Positions 10,040-20,189 of a DNA stretch of 64,000 nucleotides are shown piece by piece. The stretch is from an uncultured virus (IMG/VR IMGVR_UViG_3300012920_000027) (taxonomy: Duplodnaviria > Heunggongvirae > Uroviricota > Caudoviricetes), in IMG/VR virus record IMGVR_UViG_3300012920_000027; one strand, 5' to 3'. Positions within the stretch are counted from its first letter, which is position 1. The number at the start of each line of letters is the position of its first letter. The translations under genes were made by a program, and so were the position numbers. The notes under the pieces were generated by a model that searched no databases, had not been told where the DNA came from, and saw nothing but the letters and a program-made list of their open reading frames with translations.

Positions 10040-11785
10040 TCACAAGTCCAGCAAACTTCGGATACCACCGGGCAAGCCACGGCCCCTGTTGATTGGCTTG
10101 AAGTTCAACTCCTTCTTTTTGCTCTTGTTTTGGGCGTTTTGGTCAGGATTCAACTGGTTGGCGACATTGTTCTTTTGCTGGACCACTTGCGATTGCTGAG
10201 TTGTTTGCTGAACCAGGGTTGTTTGTTGGGATTGATTTGCTGACGATTGGACGACTGGTGCTGCTGAGAGAAATTCGATTTGGGTTTGCATGACGCCCAA
10301 TAGGTACTCGAGATACGCCTTGTCCTGATCGTCCCAGCTCGGGTTCGCCATCGTGTAAAGGAGGGCCTGTTTGATTGCATTGAGGTTCTCAAGACCCGCA
10401 GGCGACATACCGAACACCGTGAACGCGCCCTGCGGGCGGATCATAGAGGCATCATTGTTTGCTGTTGCAGTCCTGAAATCATTGTTGAGGTAAATCTGTC
10501 CTCCCGCTTGAGGATTGAAATACAAATTGCCGTCAATCGTGAACACATCATCCAAAACCGTGGCCATGTCGGGCTTTTGTCGTTGAATCGCTTGTTGGGC
10601 GACCGGTGAGAAGTTTAGAGATCTTGATTGGAATTCAGGCGATAGGCCAGACGAGGGTTGTCCCTGCTGACTCGTTTTGCCACCTCGGCGGATTGATTGC
10701 ATTGCATTCTGTCGCATTTCGATTGCTTCCATCAGTTGTGTGACCTTGTCCTCGTCACCCTGCTCAGTCGCTTGCTTTGCCATCGCCCTCAGCGTTGGAA
10801 GGTCAAGCGTTCCGAATGGCATGTTCAAAGAGGCAACTCTTGGTCGCATGTTGGACGGGTTGTAGTCCTGTCCGATGAAACGCTCACGACCAGGAAGAGG
10901 TGTTGAGTAGATCTGGTCCAAAAGGCCGGACCCAGGTCGGATTGATGAATGAGCTCGTGAACCCAGGCTGTTCAGGATTTTGTTTGCTTCCCTTAGGTCT
11001 GAAGCCATCTCGTACACGGCTTGCATTTCTGTGATTTCACCCTTCACTAAACGAGAAACAATCGCTGCCGCATCGTTGGCATCATACCCCATACCCGTGA
11101 GTTTCGCCCCTGAGGCGATTGCGAGATTGATCAGTTCTTGTCGGGCTTCGATTGGAGACGCACCGTTGGCAACCCGCTCTCGAATCAAGATGTTCACCGA
11201 GGCCGACAGGGCGCGTAGAGCCGCTTGGACCTCAGCGCTTGCTTGTAGGTTGGCCAAGATCGCTTCTGAGGATGCGCCTCTTGTCGAACCAAGGCCTGCG
11301 TTCAAACCGTTGGCATGCCGGATAGCTTGGTTGTAGAATGAATTCGTTGCCTGTGCTTGGTTTGCAACTGGTTGTGATTGTGCTTTGAGTTGCATCATGA
11401 TGTCGTTGCTGTTCCAATACTCGTTCGTTGCTAGGTTGAGCATTCCCTGGCGGACCTTGGACATGTCGTTGCCGACTGTCACTGGGCTTTGGATTGCATC
11501 TGTTGGAGATTGGCGGCCGTGAAGGGGAAGACCCTGCTCGAAAGCAAAGTAACCCACTGGGGCTGCCGAGTTGTTGATGAAGTTCCGTGCAAACCAGTTC
11601 CGAGTGTTTGTTTTTACAGCCGTGTTCTCTGCAACGGGCATCCTCAGGATGTCGTGAAGTCTTTCTCTTTGAGACACATAAATCCCACGAGTGATTTTTC
11701 CCTGTGAGTACCGTCGTTCCAAGCTTGCAAGCGCTTCTCTTGCTGTTGCTGCTTCTTTCCGTGAAATCGTTCTCTGCATGTTCAA
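10040..11785 (-). CDS. Hypothetical Gln/Asn-rich helical protein
   Basis: 581-aa ORF, GGAGGTG RBS, overlaps upstream stop. Confidence 0.8.
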   Translation of the reverse strand: MNMQRTISRKEAATAREALASLERRYSQGKITRGIYVSQRERLHDILRMPVAENTAVKTNTRNWFARNFINNSAAPVGYFAFEQGLPLHGRQSPTDAIQSPVTVGNDMSKVRQGMLNLATNEYWNSNDIMMQLKAQSQPVANQAQATNSFYNQAIRHANGLNAGLGSTRGASSEAILANLQASAEVQAALRALSASVNILIRERVANGASPIEARQELINLAIASGAKLTGMGYDANDAAAIVSRLVKGEITEMQAVYEMASDLREANKILNSLGSRAHSSIRPGSGLLDQIYSTPLPGRERFIGQDYNPSNMRPRVASLNMPFGTLDLPTLRAMAKQATEQGDEDKVTQLMEAIEMRQNAMQSIRRGGKTSQQGQPSSGLSPEFQSRSLNFSPVAQQAIQRQKPDMATVLDDVFTIDGNLYFNPQAGGQIYLNNDFRTATANNDASMIRPQGAFTVFGMSPAGLENLNAIKQALLYTMANPSWDDQDKAYLEYLLGVMQTQIEFLSAAPVVQSSANQSQQTTLVQQTTQQSQVVQQKNNVANQLNPDQNAQNKSKKKELNFKPINRGRGLPGGIRSLLDL

Positions 11786-13434
11786 ACACCTCCTTGGTAT
11801 TGGAACTCAAGTCCTGAGTTCGCAAGATGGTTCACAAGACCCTCGAGTTCATCGAGGGGCCGTGAGAAGTCGAATTTCAGGTTGAAGTTGCCTACAGAGA
11901 AGTTTGCGGACAAACCAGGTCCGGTGTCTTGACGCATTGCTGTCGTGCCCTGTGCGAGAATCTCTTCGATCATGGCCCTGTAAGCAGTCAATCGGTCTGT
12001 TCTGTTCATATCAATCAGCGCCATCACACGAGCGCTTCCAGGTACATACGACTGGGAAGCACCGAGTTTGGCGATCTTTTGAAGCAAATCGTACTCATCA
12101 TCATCGATAGCGTCGCCGATCATGTCCAGAGCGCTAAGGAATGCTTCGTAGTCCCGTATAACCTCAGGGCTCATCACGAATTCTGCCTGCATAGATGTAG
12201 GTGAATTGAGCAACGACCTCTGGGCATCACGCAGGTTTCGGAAGAGGTACAGTTCAACATCCATCTGGACGGCCGTTAGATGCGCTGCGAATACCTTCAC
12301 TACATCTTCGGGGTTGAAGGTGACGGTGTTTTGGGCAACCTTTCGGGCGTTGTCAAGCATCTTCGAGGCTGAATCGGCGTCAAGCGCTTTTGCGTTCAGC
12401 ATCTCTTGGGCATCTTGGATTGCTGCTACGAGCATTTGGTCTTCTTCCATCACACGGTTGCGTTCGTTGAGCACCTGGCTAAGGGACTTCTCCGTGACCC
12501 GGAGGTTTTGCTCGCACATTCGCATGCTTGTTTTCAATGTGGATAGGAGTCTCGTTTGGTCTCCTTCGCTGTGCATCCTCTCAAGTTGCAGACCTAGGTT
12601 TGAGATCCGTTGATGGAGCATCATGTTCCTGTTCGCAAGAGCTTGCGTCTCGTTGCGAAGCGACATCAAGTTCTCGCTTTGGGCTGTGATCGCGGCTGCG
12701 GGAATCCGCCCTTCGATGTTTTGGATCGTGCGGAGCTTGGATTGCATGTTTCGACCGATGTTCTCCTTCTCACGAACCATTGCGTTCATCTCAGCCTTCA
12801 GGCTCCGGTACAGTTCGATGTTCTTCGCCAAGTTGTTGTAAGCGTCTTGAGCATTCTTGCATTCAACCTCTGCCTTCTGGACTGCTTGCGTGAAACCCTT
12901 CACACTTGCATCAAGTTGCATGATTTGGTTTTGGGACGGGCGCTTTCCTTGCAAAGCCATGATTTCTACCTGCAGACGCTGTATGTCTTGAGCAGAGTCT
13001 CGAACTTGTTTGTCGAGGTTTGAAAGTGATGAGCCAGCATTGGACATCTGCCTCGCCGTTTCGAGGATGATCCTGACAGGTTTCTCGAAGGTGAATGCCG
13101 CGAAAGCGAGTCGTCCGCCGTCGGGTGATTCGGGTACAGAACGAATCGTGCCCCCATGGCGCCCGGTGACGGGAATGTTTGAGTTCAAATCAAGCGTTGC
13201 TCCGATGGCCCAAAGTTTGTCTGCCAACAGAACCCTGTAAGGACCGTTCACAAGCTCAATGATTTGATTCAATGCTGCTGCAATGTCGCCCTGGCTTGCA
13301 CGAATCTCTCTCGTAAGCTCACTTGCAATTCGACCGCTGTACCCCGACCAAAAGCCGTAGTACGGGAATCGTCCGCTTGCAGACCCTTCGGGAATTTCGA
13401 TTGTCAAGCCAGTAGCTTCGTCCATTTTTTTCAT
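11782..13434 (-). CDS. Long coiled-coil protein
   Basis: 550 aa with a heptad-rich central region. Confidence 0.8.
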   Translation of the reverse strand: MKKMDEATGLTIEIPEGSASGRFPYYGFWSGYSGRIASELTREIRASQGDIAAALNQIIELVNGPYRVLLADKLWAIGATLDLNSNIPVTGRHGGTIRSVPESPDGGRLAFAAFTFEKPVRIILETARQMSNAGSSLSNLDKQVRDSAQDIQRLQVEIMALQGKRPSQNQIMQLDASVKGFTQAVQKAEVECKNAQDAYNNLAKNIELYRSLKAEMNAMVREKENIGRNMQSKLRTIQNIEGRIPAAAITAQSENLMSLRNETQALANRNMMLHQRISNLGLQLERMHSEGDQTRLLSTLKTSMRMCEQNLRVTEKSLSQVLNERNRVMEEDQMLVAAIQDAQEMLNAKALDADSASKMLDNARKVAQNTVTFNPEDVVKVFAAHLTAVQMDVELYLFRNLRDAQRSLLNSPTSMQAEFVMSPEVIRDYEAFLSALDMIGDAIDDDEYDLLQKIAKLGASQSYVPGSARVMALIDMNRTDRLTAYRAMIEEILAQGTTAMRQDTGPGLSANFSVGNFNLKFDFSRPLDELEGLVNHLANSGLEFQYQGGV

Positions 13435-13554
13435 TCTAGTAGTCCCCCTTCACATTGGCGTGTGCTTGAAGCACGCCCAGGTATGATGCACATAGGATGA
13501 GCGTTGCATAGTCGGACATAGCGACCGTACGCATCATCGACAGCACCTGCACGA

Positions 13555-13953
13555 TCAGTCCTCCAGGTCAGGCATCACATCGTCGCCAGCTGATTCAAAC
13601 GCTCGAGTCGCTAAGGCCTTGGTTCCAGCGTACACGCCATACGCAAGCAGTCCGAAACCAATGCCAATTCCTACTTTTCGAGCTGTCCCCTTCAATTTAC
13701 CTTGTTTTGCTGGGACAGAACCCAGTTGCGATGAGACATGAGGCAGTACTGCACCTGCTGTGAATTGAGGTGGAGCATAATTTGGCGCCACTACAGGGGG
13801 AGCAGGTCCTCCACCGAGGTTTGTTTGTGGCATCTGTGGAGTTGGCATCGGTGCAGGAGTGGGAGCAGGTCGCTGAATGTGCCCCAAACCTGAACCGTCG
13901 GAGCCCATCTTGGGTTTGTCTTCAATCAGCGTCTTGTACAGTCTGGGGTCCAT
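13555..13953 (-). CDS. Small Pro-rich membrane protein
   Basis: 132 aa, AGGTGA RBS, TM segment VGIGIGFGLLAYGVYAG. Confidence 0.75.
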   Translation of the reverse strand: MDPRLYKTLIEDKPKMGSDGSGLGHIQRPAPTPAPMPTPQMPQTNLGGGPAPPVVAPNYAPPQFTAGAVLPHVSSQLGSVPAKQGKLKGTARKVGIGIGFGLLAYGVYAGTKALATRAFESAGDDVMPDLED

Positions 13954-13959
13954 GGTTCA

Positions 13960-14733
13960 TCACCTGAAGGCAGCGGGGATCAATCGCTCTTCCTTCGGGC
14001 GCAAATCGTAGTCCCGAACGATCAATGGAATGTACTGTGTTATTTTCACTGACTGCCCCAAGGCAAGCGGGTGGATCAGTTCAATTGGAAACCAATTGTC
14101 TCCATAAACAGAATTCGGCTGCAAAGTTTTGGTCGCAAGCATCACATGGTTGAATTGTCCTGGAGAGCCTTCATCTGCATCGACGATCATCAACATCGCT
14201 GGGCGCCCCGATGCGGCAATCACGCATGCGGCTGCAAGGGCGATGTCGTCGCAGTCTGCGCCGCTTTCCCCTGCTTGGATGTCTCGGATGACCTTAGCTG
14301 GTGATTGGAAGTATTCGGTGTCGTAAGGATCGTACTGGTATCGGAAGGAACCCCTGTCTCCATGGAGCAGAGGCTCTCCAACGCGCCCCTCTGGCGTGTT
14401 GCTTGTGAATGACCCTTGGAAGTAACGAGCGATTGCTGCAACCTCTCCAAGCTCGTCGTAGTTGCGTACAGGACCGTAGTCCCCGACTCTTCCGTTGAAC
14501 AACCTTCGAGCTAAACGAACAACCTCTGGATCGTCCTTGTACTTTTCACACATTTCTTGCAGAATAGCGATTGTTTGATGGAAGGAATTGTCTGTTGCAG
14601 GATCTCCTGAAAAGGTGTAGCGAAGCTGTTGATTGACGCCCCCCCGCATTGGTTTGGAGTAGTTCGCAGGGATTCCCCAGTTTGCATTCGCCAGGTTTCC
14701 CGGCGCGAACGCTGCTGTCGTGCGACCCGCCAT
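13960..14733 (-). CDS. Transglutaminase-like (papain-fold) Cys-His protein, putative maturation protease
   Basis: Motifs ADCDDIA and FNHV; likely start MAGRTT at 14733 with TTTATG 29 nt upstream. Confidence 0.65.
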   Translation of the reverse strand: MAGRTTAAFAPGNLANANWGIPANYSKPMRGGVNQQLRYTFSGDPATDNSFHQTIAILQEMCEKYKDDPEVVRLARRLFNGRVGDYGPVRNYDELGEVAAIARYFQGSFTSNTPEGRVGEPLLHGDRGSFRYQYDPYDTEYFQSPAKVIRDIQAGESGADCDDIALAAACVIAASGRPAMLMIVDADEGSPGQFNHVMLATKTLQPNSVYGDNWFPIELIHPLALGQSVKITQYIPLIVRDYDLRPKEERLIPAAFR

Positions 14734-14756
14734 GGCTCGTCCATGACTGTCCTGAG

Positions 14757-14763
14757 CATAAAG
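14757..14763 (-). promoter_or_regulatory. Putative archaeal TATA box
   Basis: CTTTATG about 29 nt upstream of ATG 14733. Confidence 0.45.
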
Positions 14764-14785
14764 GGAACCCGTTACACCGTTACGC

Positions 14786-16195
14786 TCATTCTTCCCAATC
14801 AAATAGCGTTCTTTGTCCTTCTCGGACTTCTTCTGCCTGTCCTTGAAGACGCTGTTCGAATCTAACGATGACCCGATTGATTCTTTCCTGTTGTTGTTGT
14901 GCGAATTGGTCGAGCCATTCATTGAAACGCTGTTGCATCCGAACGATTGATTCCTCCATCGTGTACTGAAGTTGTTGTACGATCGTCCCAAGTTGGTTTT
15001 CAAGTTGCCCACTCATGTTGTCCGTAGCTCGAACGGCGTGCTCTTCAATGGCTTCCAAGGAAGTGTCGGTCATCGCACGGAATTGCTCCATCATGTCCGT
15101 CATCCGATTCATCGTGTGATCGATTGCTTGGATTGGTGCTGCTTGGGCGGCTGCTTGCCCTGGAGTTTCACAATCGAGGTGGACAAAACCTTCCTTGAGA
15201 AGATCGTGAGAGCCGTCCGCTGTGATTCCATCGGCTACTTCAAGCATGTTCGGGTTGCTTTTCCTTCGCTCCTCGATGGTTTTCGCAAGTTCCGGGTCGT
15301 GGATGAGAACTCCGTACTCCGGCTTTTGGCGATGGGTCGGGAGGCCGAGAACAAAACCGAGTTGCTTTGTGATTTTTGTGATGATACCCATCACTTCGGA
15401 GCCCACAGGACCTTCGGGGTTGTCCAGAGTCAATGCTTCCTGCACGCTTAGGTTTACCCTCGGTCCAGTGATTCTGACAGTAGGAGACCAATCCTCCCAG
15501 GTTACGCCGATCTCGTTGTTGTCCTCGTCGCAAATTGAACGCCATCTTCGTTTGAAATGAACCTTGAATGTGCCGAGGTCTGTTTCGACTGGCTCCCATT
15601 CCCAATGGCCCCAATTGGATCTGTGTTCCGGTCGGCCCATCAGGGAGAATCCTTGGCGTCGACCTGTCTTTGGTCTCAATCCAAGAGCAGCCCAGGCTTC
15701 AATTGACCTGTTCACAGGCTGTCGGTGTCCACCTCCTCTGTCCGGTTGCAGTTTGACTTGGAAATCAAGGCGATGGAGGTCAATCGTCGGTTGCACCCCG
15801 GCTGGGAGCCTTGTGGCTTCGGCTGGGCGCTCCTGGGCCGGCTCTCCGCTTACCCCCATGTTGGCTGTGAGATGGTTGATTCGTTCTTGTGCGACCTTTG
15901 CTTTTGCACCTGGAATGTACGCTTTGTGAGTGCCCGTGACTGATCCATTCTTGACCTGCTCATAGTGCGCTTCGAGACCTGTGGCTCTTGCAATGAATCT
16001 GTCCCGCAGTAGGCTTTTGATGTGTTTGCTCACAGCTCCTCGACCGACACCCATTGTCTCGGCAATTCTCGATGCGATGAGTCGCTCGTTGATCAGCAGG
16101 TCGTAGACAATCCAACGGGCGTTGCCTCTTCTGGGAACCCTCGGGGAATCCCACCACCTTGTTTCCTTTCGTGTTTCCTTAGCCAACTCATTCAC
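14786..16195 (-). CDS. N-terminal HTH DNA-binding protein with C-terminal coiled coil (possible replication or regulatory protein)
   Basis: ASRIAETMGVGRGAVSKHIKSL HTH pattern; GGAGGTGA RBS; next to the repeat-rich divergent gap. Confidence 0.7.
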   Translation of the reverse strand: MNELAKETRKETRWWDSPRVPRRGNARWIVYDLLINERLIASRIAETMGVGRGAVSKHIKSLLRDRFIARATGLEAHYEQVKNGSVTGTHKAYIPGAKAKVAQERINHLTANMGVSGEPAQERPAEATRLPAGVQPTIDLHRLDFQVKLQPDRGGGHRQPVNRSIEAWAALGLRPKTGRRQGFSLMGRPEHRSNWGHWEWEPVETDLGTFKVHFKRRWRSICDEDNNEIGVTWEDWSPTVRITGPRVNLSVQEALTLDNPEGPVGSEVMGIITKITKQLGFVLGLPTHRQKPEYGVLIHDPELAKTIEERRKSNPNMLEVADGITADGSHDLLKEGFVHLDCETPGQAAAQAAPIQAIDHTMNRMTDMMEQFRAMTDTSLEAIEEHAVRATDNMSGQLENQLGTIVQQLQYTMEESIVRMQQRFNEWLDQFAQQQQERINRVIVRFEQRLQGQAEEVREGQRTLFDWEE

Positions 16196-16250
16196 CTCCT
16201 TTTTCTTGCGCAGGAGTTGGTCGTGGACATACCCCCTCTATGAACTATCC

Positions 16251-16530
16251 CCCTGTTTTTCACCATGTTTCCCCATGTTTCCCCATGGTTCGGACCATGG
16301 TAGATGCATGTAGATCCCCTAGGTCTGTGTTTTGAACCTCGTAAGGTGCGTATTTTTGCACCGATAACACGACTTTGCACACATTTTTTCTTGCAAAAAC
16401 GGAAAAACAGGCCGTTGTTGCCGAGGTACTGAGAACCATGTCCATGATTTTTGCGTGTTTGTGGCTCCTACCTCGTGAGGAAACCTAGGGGGTCGGGGTA
16501 AAAATCACCCGATAACGCGAAAATCGCGTT
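16251..16530. repeat. Repeat-rich divergent intergenic region (candidate origin or regulatory hub)
   Basis: Tandem CCATGTTTCC-like units 16263-16300; direct repeats ACCTCGT(A/G)AGG (16336, 16470) and CCGATAAC(A/G)CGA (16361, 16509); inverted pair GATCCCCTAGGT (16313) / ACCTAGGGGGTC (16483); hairpin AACGCGA-AAA-TCGCGTT at 16514. Confidence 0.6.
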
Positions 16531-16547
16531 TCAAGTAGAACGCATCC

Positions 16548-16554
16548 TTCATAC
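16548..16554 (+). promoter_or_regulatory. Putative TATA-like box
   Basis: TTCATAC 31 nt upstream of ATG 16579. Confidence 0.4.
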
Positions 16555-16578
16555 GGCTGATACGGGGTAGTCCCATTC

Positions 16579-16923
16579 ATGCTGAAGGTCAAGACCCTCA
16601 CCCTCCTCGACGGCACTACCATTGAAGACATCGACATGCTACCAGGGCTCGGCTCTTACTACATCATGAATGCGGATGGTTCCATCAAGGAACTGCCACG
16701 GGAGCGTGTGCAATCCATTGACTACACCGACAAGAGGACTGTTGAGTTGGTCAAGGGGCTAGCTCTGGTTCCGATCGTCGATGATTTGGACACTTTGGAA
16801 GAGATTTACGACGACTACGAGTCCCTTAACGCCTTGATGGCGGAAGTTCACGAGGAGGAAAAACCAACGGCAACTCCTGATACCGATGTGAGCCCGCTTT
16901 CCAAGAATCCATACGGAGAGTGA
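16579..16923 (+). CDS. Hypothetical acidic protein
   Basis: First ORF of a coupled plus-strand operon. Confidence 0.75.
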   Translation: MLKVKTLTLLDGTTIEDIDMLPGLGSYYIMNADGSIKELPRERVQSIDYTDKRTVELVKGLALVPIVDDLDTLEEIYDDYESLNALMAEVHEEEKPTATPDTDVSPLSKNPYGE

Positions 16924-17246
16924 TACCAATGAACTCTGATGTCGATGTCCTGGATGGTGAAACCATCCGTGAAGTCCAACAGGGTGCATTGAGGATCATG
17001 CAGATGCTCTCGAAATTTCTGCAATGGCCATCAAGCAAGCTCTCACTGCTGGATGAAATTCAGGAGGAACTCGACGGCTTGAGGGAACTCCTTGATCACA
17101 CAGTACCTCAAGATGATGATGATTTGCCTGCTTTGGCTCAACCCGCACAGCCGATGAACTTTGAACAGATGGCGGTGGCAACCGCATGGACTGGCGTCAA
17201 AGAGATGATGGATGGATTCTTTGGAGATTCATGGAGGCAAGGATGA
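16920..17246 (+). CDS. Hypothetical protein
   Basis: GTGA overlap with the previous gene. Confidence 0.7.
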   Translation: MIPMNSDVDVLDGETIREVQQGALRIMQMLSKFLQWPSSKLSLLDEIQEELDGLRELLDHTVPQDDDDLPALAQPAQPMNFEQMAVATAWTGVKEMMDGFFGDSWRQG

Positions 17247-18655
17247 TGGCACGATACAACCCCGAAGAACTGAAAGAAATGTTGACCAAGTACTTCACGA
17301 AGGTCTACACGGAACAACACATTGAGCAAGGGTACGATGCACAAGTGGGCCAACCAGTCTGGTACAACCCGGACGGCCATCCCAAGTACGATGTGATCGG
17401 AGGAAGATTGGGGATCAGCGGCGAGAAGGTCAAGATGTCGTTTGAGTCGTGGCTTGCAGCGGGCAACACTCCGCCAGGAGGCGTCAAGCCAGCGCAACAG
17501 CAGAAGCCCTTGGAGCCTTTGCAACTCAGTTCAGGTTCATCACCTTCTGTTACACCTCCAAGCGGAGGCCTCGCTGAAACGGTCAACACATTGAATCAAG
17601 TCGCGAGTCTGAAACAAGCGCAACACAACATTTCACAGATTGACCAAGCAGGGATGTCTGGAGGCAACACCGATCTTGGAGGCGTCGTTGGAGCTCTTGC
17701 TGCAGCCTTGGCAAAGCCACGGGACGATACCTCGTCGATGGCAATGATGATGCAGATGAATCAACAGTCACAACAGATGGCACAATCAGCGAGGAACGCT
17801 AGCGATGAACGCTTTACAGCACTCTTGAACATCATGTTTCAACAACAGGCTCAGAATCAAACCATGATGATGGAAGCAATGAGAGGGGGGGGAACTCGAA
17901 GTCCTCTCGAAGAACGCATCCTCAACAAGTCCGTAGATCAGATGCTTCTTGGGAATCAAAACCCTGAAGACACGATTTTGACGCAACTCGTTCAGTCCGG
18001 ACAACTTCCCGAAATCGGAAAGGGCCTCTTGGATGGAGTTGCCAATGTTCTCGCAGCACGACAGCCACCTTCCACCGAACAGCCCTCGTATCTCGCCCAG
18101 GCACCAGCACAGGCTATGCCGGCACCCGTCCAACCGATGGAACCCCAGCCACAGGTCGTCCCGCAGCAACAGCAAATCGCTCAACCGATCCAGCTCTCTT
18201 TCGAACAGAAGTGTGATGTTGTGATGGAAGGTTTCCATTCCAATCTTCCAGAAACCTACCAGCAAGACCTGGCTTACATTGGTGTTTTGAAGCGTCAGGT
18301 TGAGATTGCCGTTCGTCGAGCTGAGGATTCCAATCCGAACGACATCAGGCAGCAGTTGATTTCTGCAGACAAGGAGATGCACTTGATTGTGAATCTGCGC
18401 TCGATTGCTGTGAACATCCAACGAGTGGCCAAGGGTGAAGTCAATTCTGACATGGCCGCACAAGTCCTTCAGGGGATGCCCCTGTTCAACGACCACTTCC
18501 GTGGTGAAACATACGAATCGCTGATTTCGAAGGTAGACCCGTACGCTGCCGCTGATCCCCCAGGCCAGAAGATGTTCGGATGGGACATTGACTTCCTGAA
18601 GGGTGATGAAGCGGCAACCGTCATTCGGCAAATCCTCGCAACAGCGAATAGGTGA
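17243..18655 (+). CDS. Hypothetical Gln/Met-rich protein
   Basis: Start MMARYNP by ATGA overlap and GGAGG RBS. Confidence 0.8.
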   Translation: MMARYNPEELKEMLTKYFTKVYTEQHIEQGYDAQVGQPVWYNPDGHPKYDVIGGRLGISGEKVKMSFESWLAAGNTPPGGVKPAQQQKPLEPLQLSSGSSPSVTPPSGGLAETVNTLNQVASLKQAQHNISQIDQAGMSGGNTDLGGVVGALAAALAKPRDDTSSMAMMMQMNQQSQQMAQSARNASDERFTALLNIMFQQQAQNQTMMMEAMRGGGTRSPLEERILNKSVDQMLLGNQNPEDTILTQLVQSGQLPEIGKGLLDGVANVLAARQPPSTEQPSYLAQAPAQAMPAPVQPMEPQPQVVPQQQQIAQPIQLSFEQKCDVVMEGFHSNLPETYQQDLAYIGVLKRQVEIAVRRAEDSNPNDIRQQLISADKEMHLIVNLRSIAVNIQRVAKGEVNSDMAAQVLQGMPLFNDHFRGETYESLISKVDPYAAADPPGQKMFGWDIDFLKGDEAATVIRQILATANR

Positions 18656-18660
18656 GAACC

Positions 18661-19143
18661 ATGGCAGACGACAAACAATACTGGACATACGAACTACAGA
18701 AACCAATGCTCGGCAAATTCGCTGGGAAGACCGTCGGGATCCGCCCGTCTTGGGTGCGAAGGTGTCAGCGATACGCTGGCGCTACCGGCTTGAACATCCG
18801 AAGCGTGTACCGCTTCATCAACAACGGTTTGATTGACCGCTCGACTGAGGGTTTCAATGATGAGGGCCTCGACGGAGAGCTTTCTCAAGCGCAGAAGTGG
18901 GTGCTGATGTACCTCTTCCTCCAGGTGGGGGTTCCCGAGTACATCCAAGATCCTGCTGTTGATGAAGAGTTGCCCAATCTGGTCAATGCTGAACCAGAGC
19001 CCGAGAGCAAAGGCGTGGTCGGGCAAGTCACTGGCACAGCAGTCGCCGCTGCCAATGCGGTCACTGCCCCTGTGAAGTCCTTGACCGACATGGTGACTGG
19101 CAAGAAGAACCAGGAGACCAAGGAAGAACAGGATGGCGAGTGA
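18661..19143 (+). CDS. Hypothetical protein
   Basis: AGGTGA RBS before ATG 18661. Confidence 0.75.
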   Translation: MADDKQYWTYELQKPMLGKFAGKTVGIRPSWVRRCQRYAGATGLNIRSVYRFINNGLIDRSTEGFNDEGLDGELSQAQKWVLMYLFLQVGVPEYIQDPAVDEELPNLVNAEPEPESKGVVGQVTGTAVAAANAVTAPVKSLTDMVTGKKNQETKEEQDGE

Positions 19144-19145
19144 GA

Positions 19146-19373
19146 ATGAATCCTTGGGTAGCATCCATCATGACAGGCGCAGCCTGTTACGGAATTACCC
19201 TTGTAGATTCAGCACTTGCTTTGGTCGCTTTGGCCATGCTTCTTGGATGGATGGCAGCCAGTCAGCACTCAGATGGAACTGAAGTCTTGGATGAGCTTGA
19301 TCGCATACGGAAAACACAACTTGTGCAGGTCTACGATGGAGGTGAGGACGATGAAGTTGGTGCGAGCATCTGA
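19146..19373 (+). CDS. Small membrane protein
   Basis: Hydrophobic N-terminal half, in operon. Confidence 0.6.
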   Translation: MNPWVASIMTGAACYGITLVDSALALVALAMLLGWMAASQHSDGTEVLDELDRIRKTQLVQVYDGGEDDEVGASI

Positions 19374-20010
19374 TCAAGAGTGGGAAGCCCAATGGGAAGA
19401 AGAGACCCAAAACCTTGAGGCTTTGGGGACTCCAATCGTCGTCACCGATTCACGAACGCAAATGGACCGGCAAAGGAGGGTATTGATTGGAATCACGGTC
19501 ACTTTGGTCGCAATCATGCCCGTTGTGCAGTTCTACATGCCTAGCGCCAACTCCTACATTCTTTCTGCTGCGATGGCCTTCACAATCGGAACAAATCTCA
19601 CGATTTTCATCATCAGCACGCAGATTGAGGACAAGGCCTCCGAGATGGAGCGTCGTATCGAGAATTTGACTGACGAACTTGATCGTGCTCAAACCGGCCT
19701 AGACAACTTTCATTCTGAACTCTCAAGCGTGAACATCCCTGCAATCGTTGATGGCATCGACAGAGCTCGAAGTGAGATGTCTCCGAGCCTTGAAAGGCTT
19801 CAGGGTGTTTCTTGGGAACAACTCAGTGATTCAATGAACCAAATTTGGGCATTTTGGGATCGCGTCAACAAGGACAAGCTCAACAAATTCATCGCGCCTT
19901 TCATTGATGACGATTTCCAGTTGGTGCCGACGCCAGTTCGCACCTTTGATGAGTTCGACGAATTCCTTCCCGAACTTGAAGACGATGACGAATTCATGCC
20001 GGGGCTGTGA
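19351..20010 (+). CDS. Two-TM membrane protein with coiled coil
   Basis: GGAGGTGA RBS before MKLVRAS; two hydrophobic segments. Confidence 0.75.
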   Translation: MKLVRASDQEWEAQWEEETQNLEALGTPIVVTDSRTQMDRQRRVLIGITVTLVAIMPVVQFYMPSANSYILSAAMAFTIGTNLTIFIISTQIEDKASEMERRIENLTDELDRAQTGLDNFHSELSSVNIPAIVDGIDRARSEMSPSLERLQGVSWEQLSDSMNQIWAFWDRVNKDKLNKFIAPFIDDDFQLVPTPVRTFDEFDEFLPELEDDDEFMPGL

Positions 20011-20189
20011 ACATGACCGATGAAGACGCTAAGGAAAAGTTGGTTCCCGTCCAAACATGCTACATCGTTTGTCGGGACATTCCTGTCGACATCAAGGATC
20101 AGCTCGTCCGAATCAGACGGGCTCGAGGCTGGAGTTCTTGGAAAGACATGGTGTTGGAGATCGTAGCGATGTGGGGTGACCACGAATGA
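20007..20189 (+). CDS. Small ribbon-helix-helix-like DNA-binding protein
   Basis: YIVCRDIPVDIKDQLVRIRRARGWSSWKDMVLEIV fits an Arc/RHH pattern. Confidence 0.5.
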   Translation: MNMTDEDAKEKLVPVQTCYIVCRDIPVDIKDQLVRIRRARGWSSWKDMVLEIVAMWGDHE

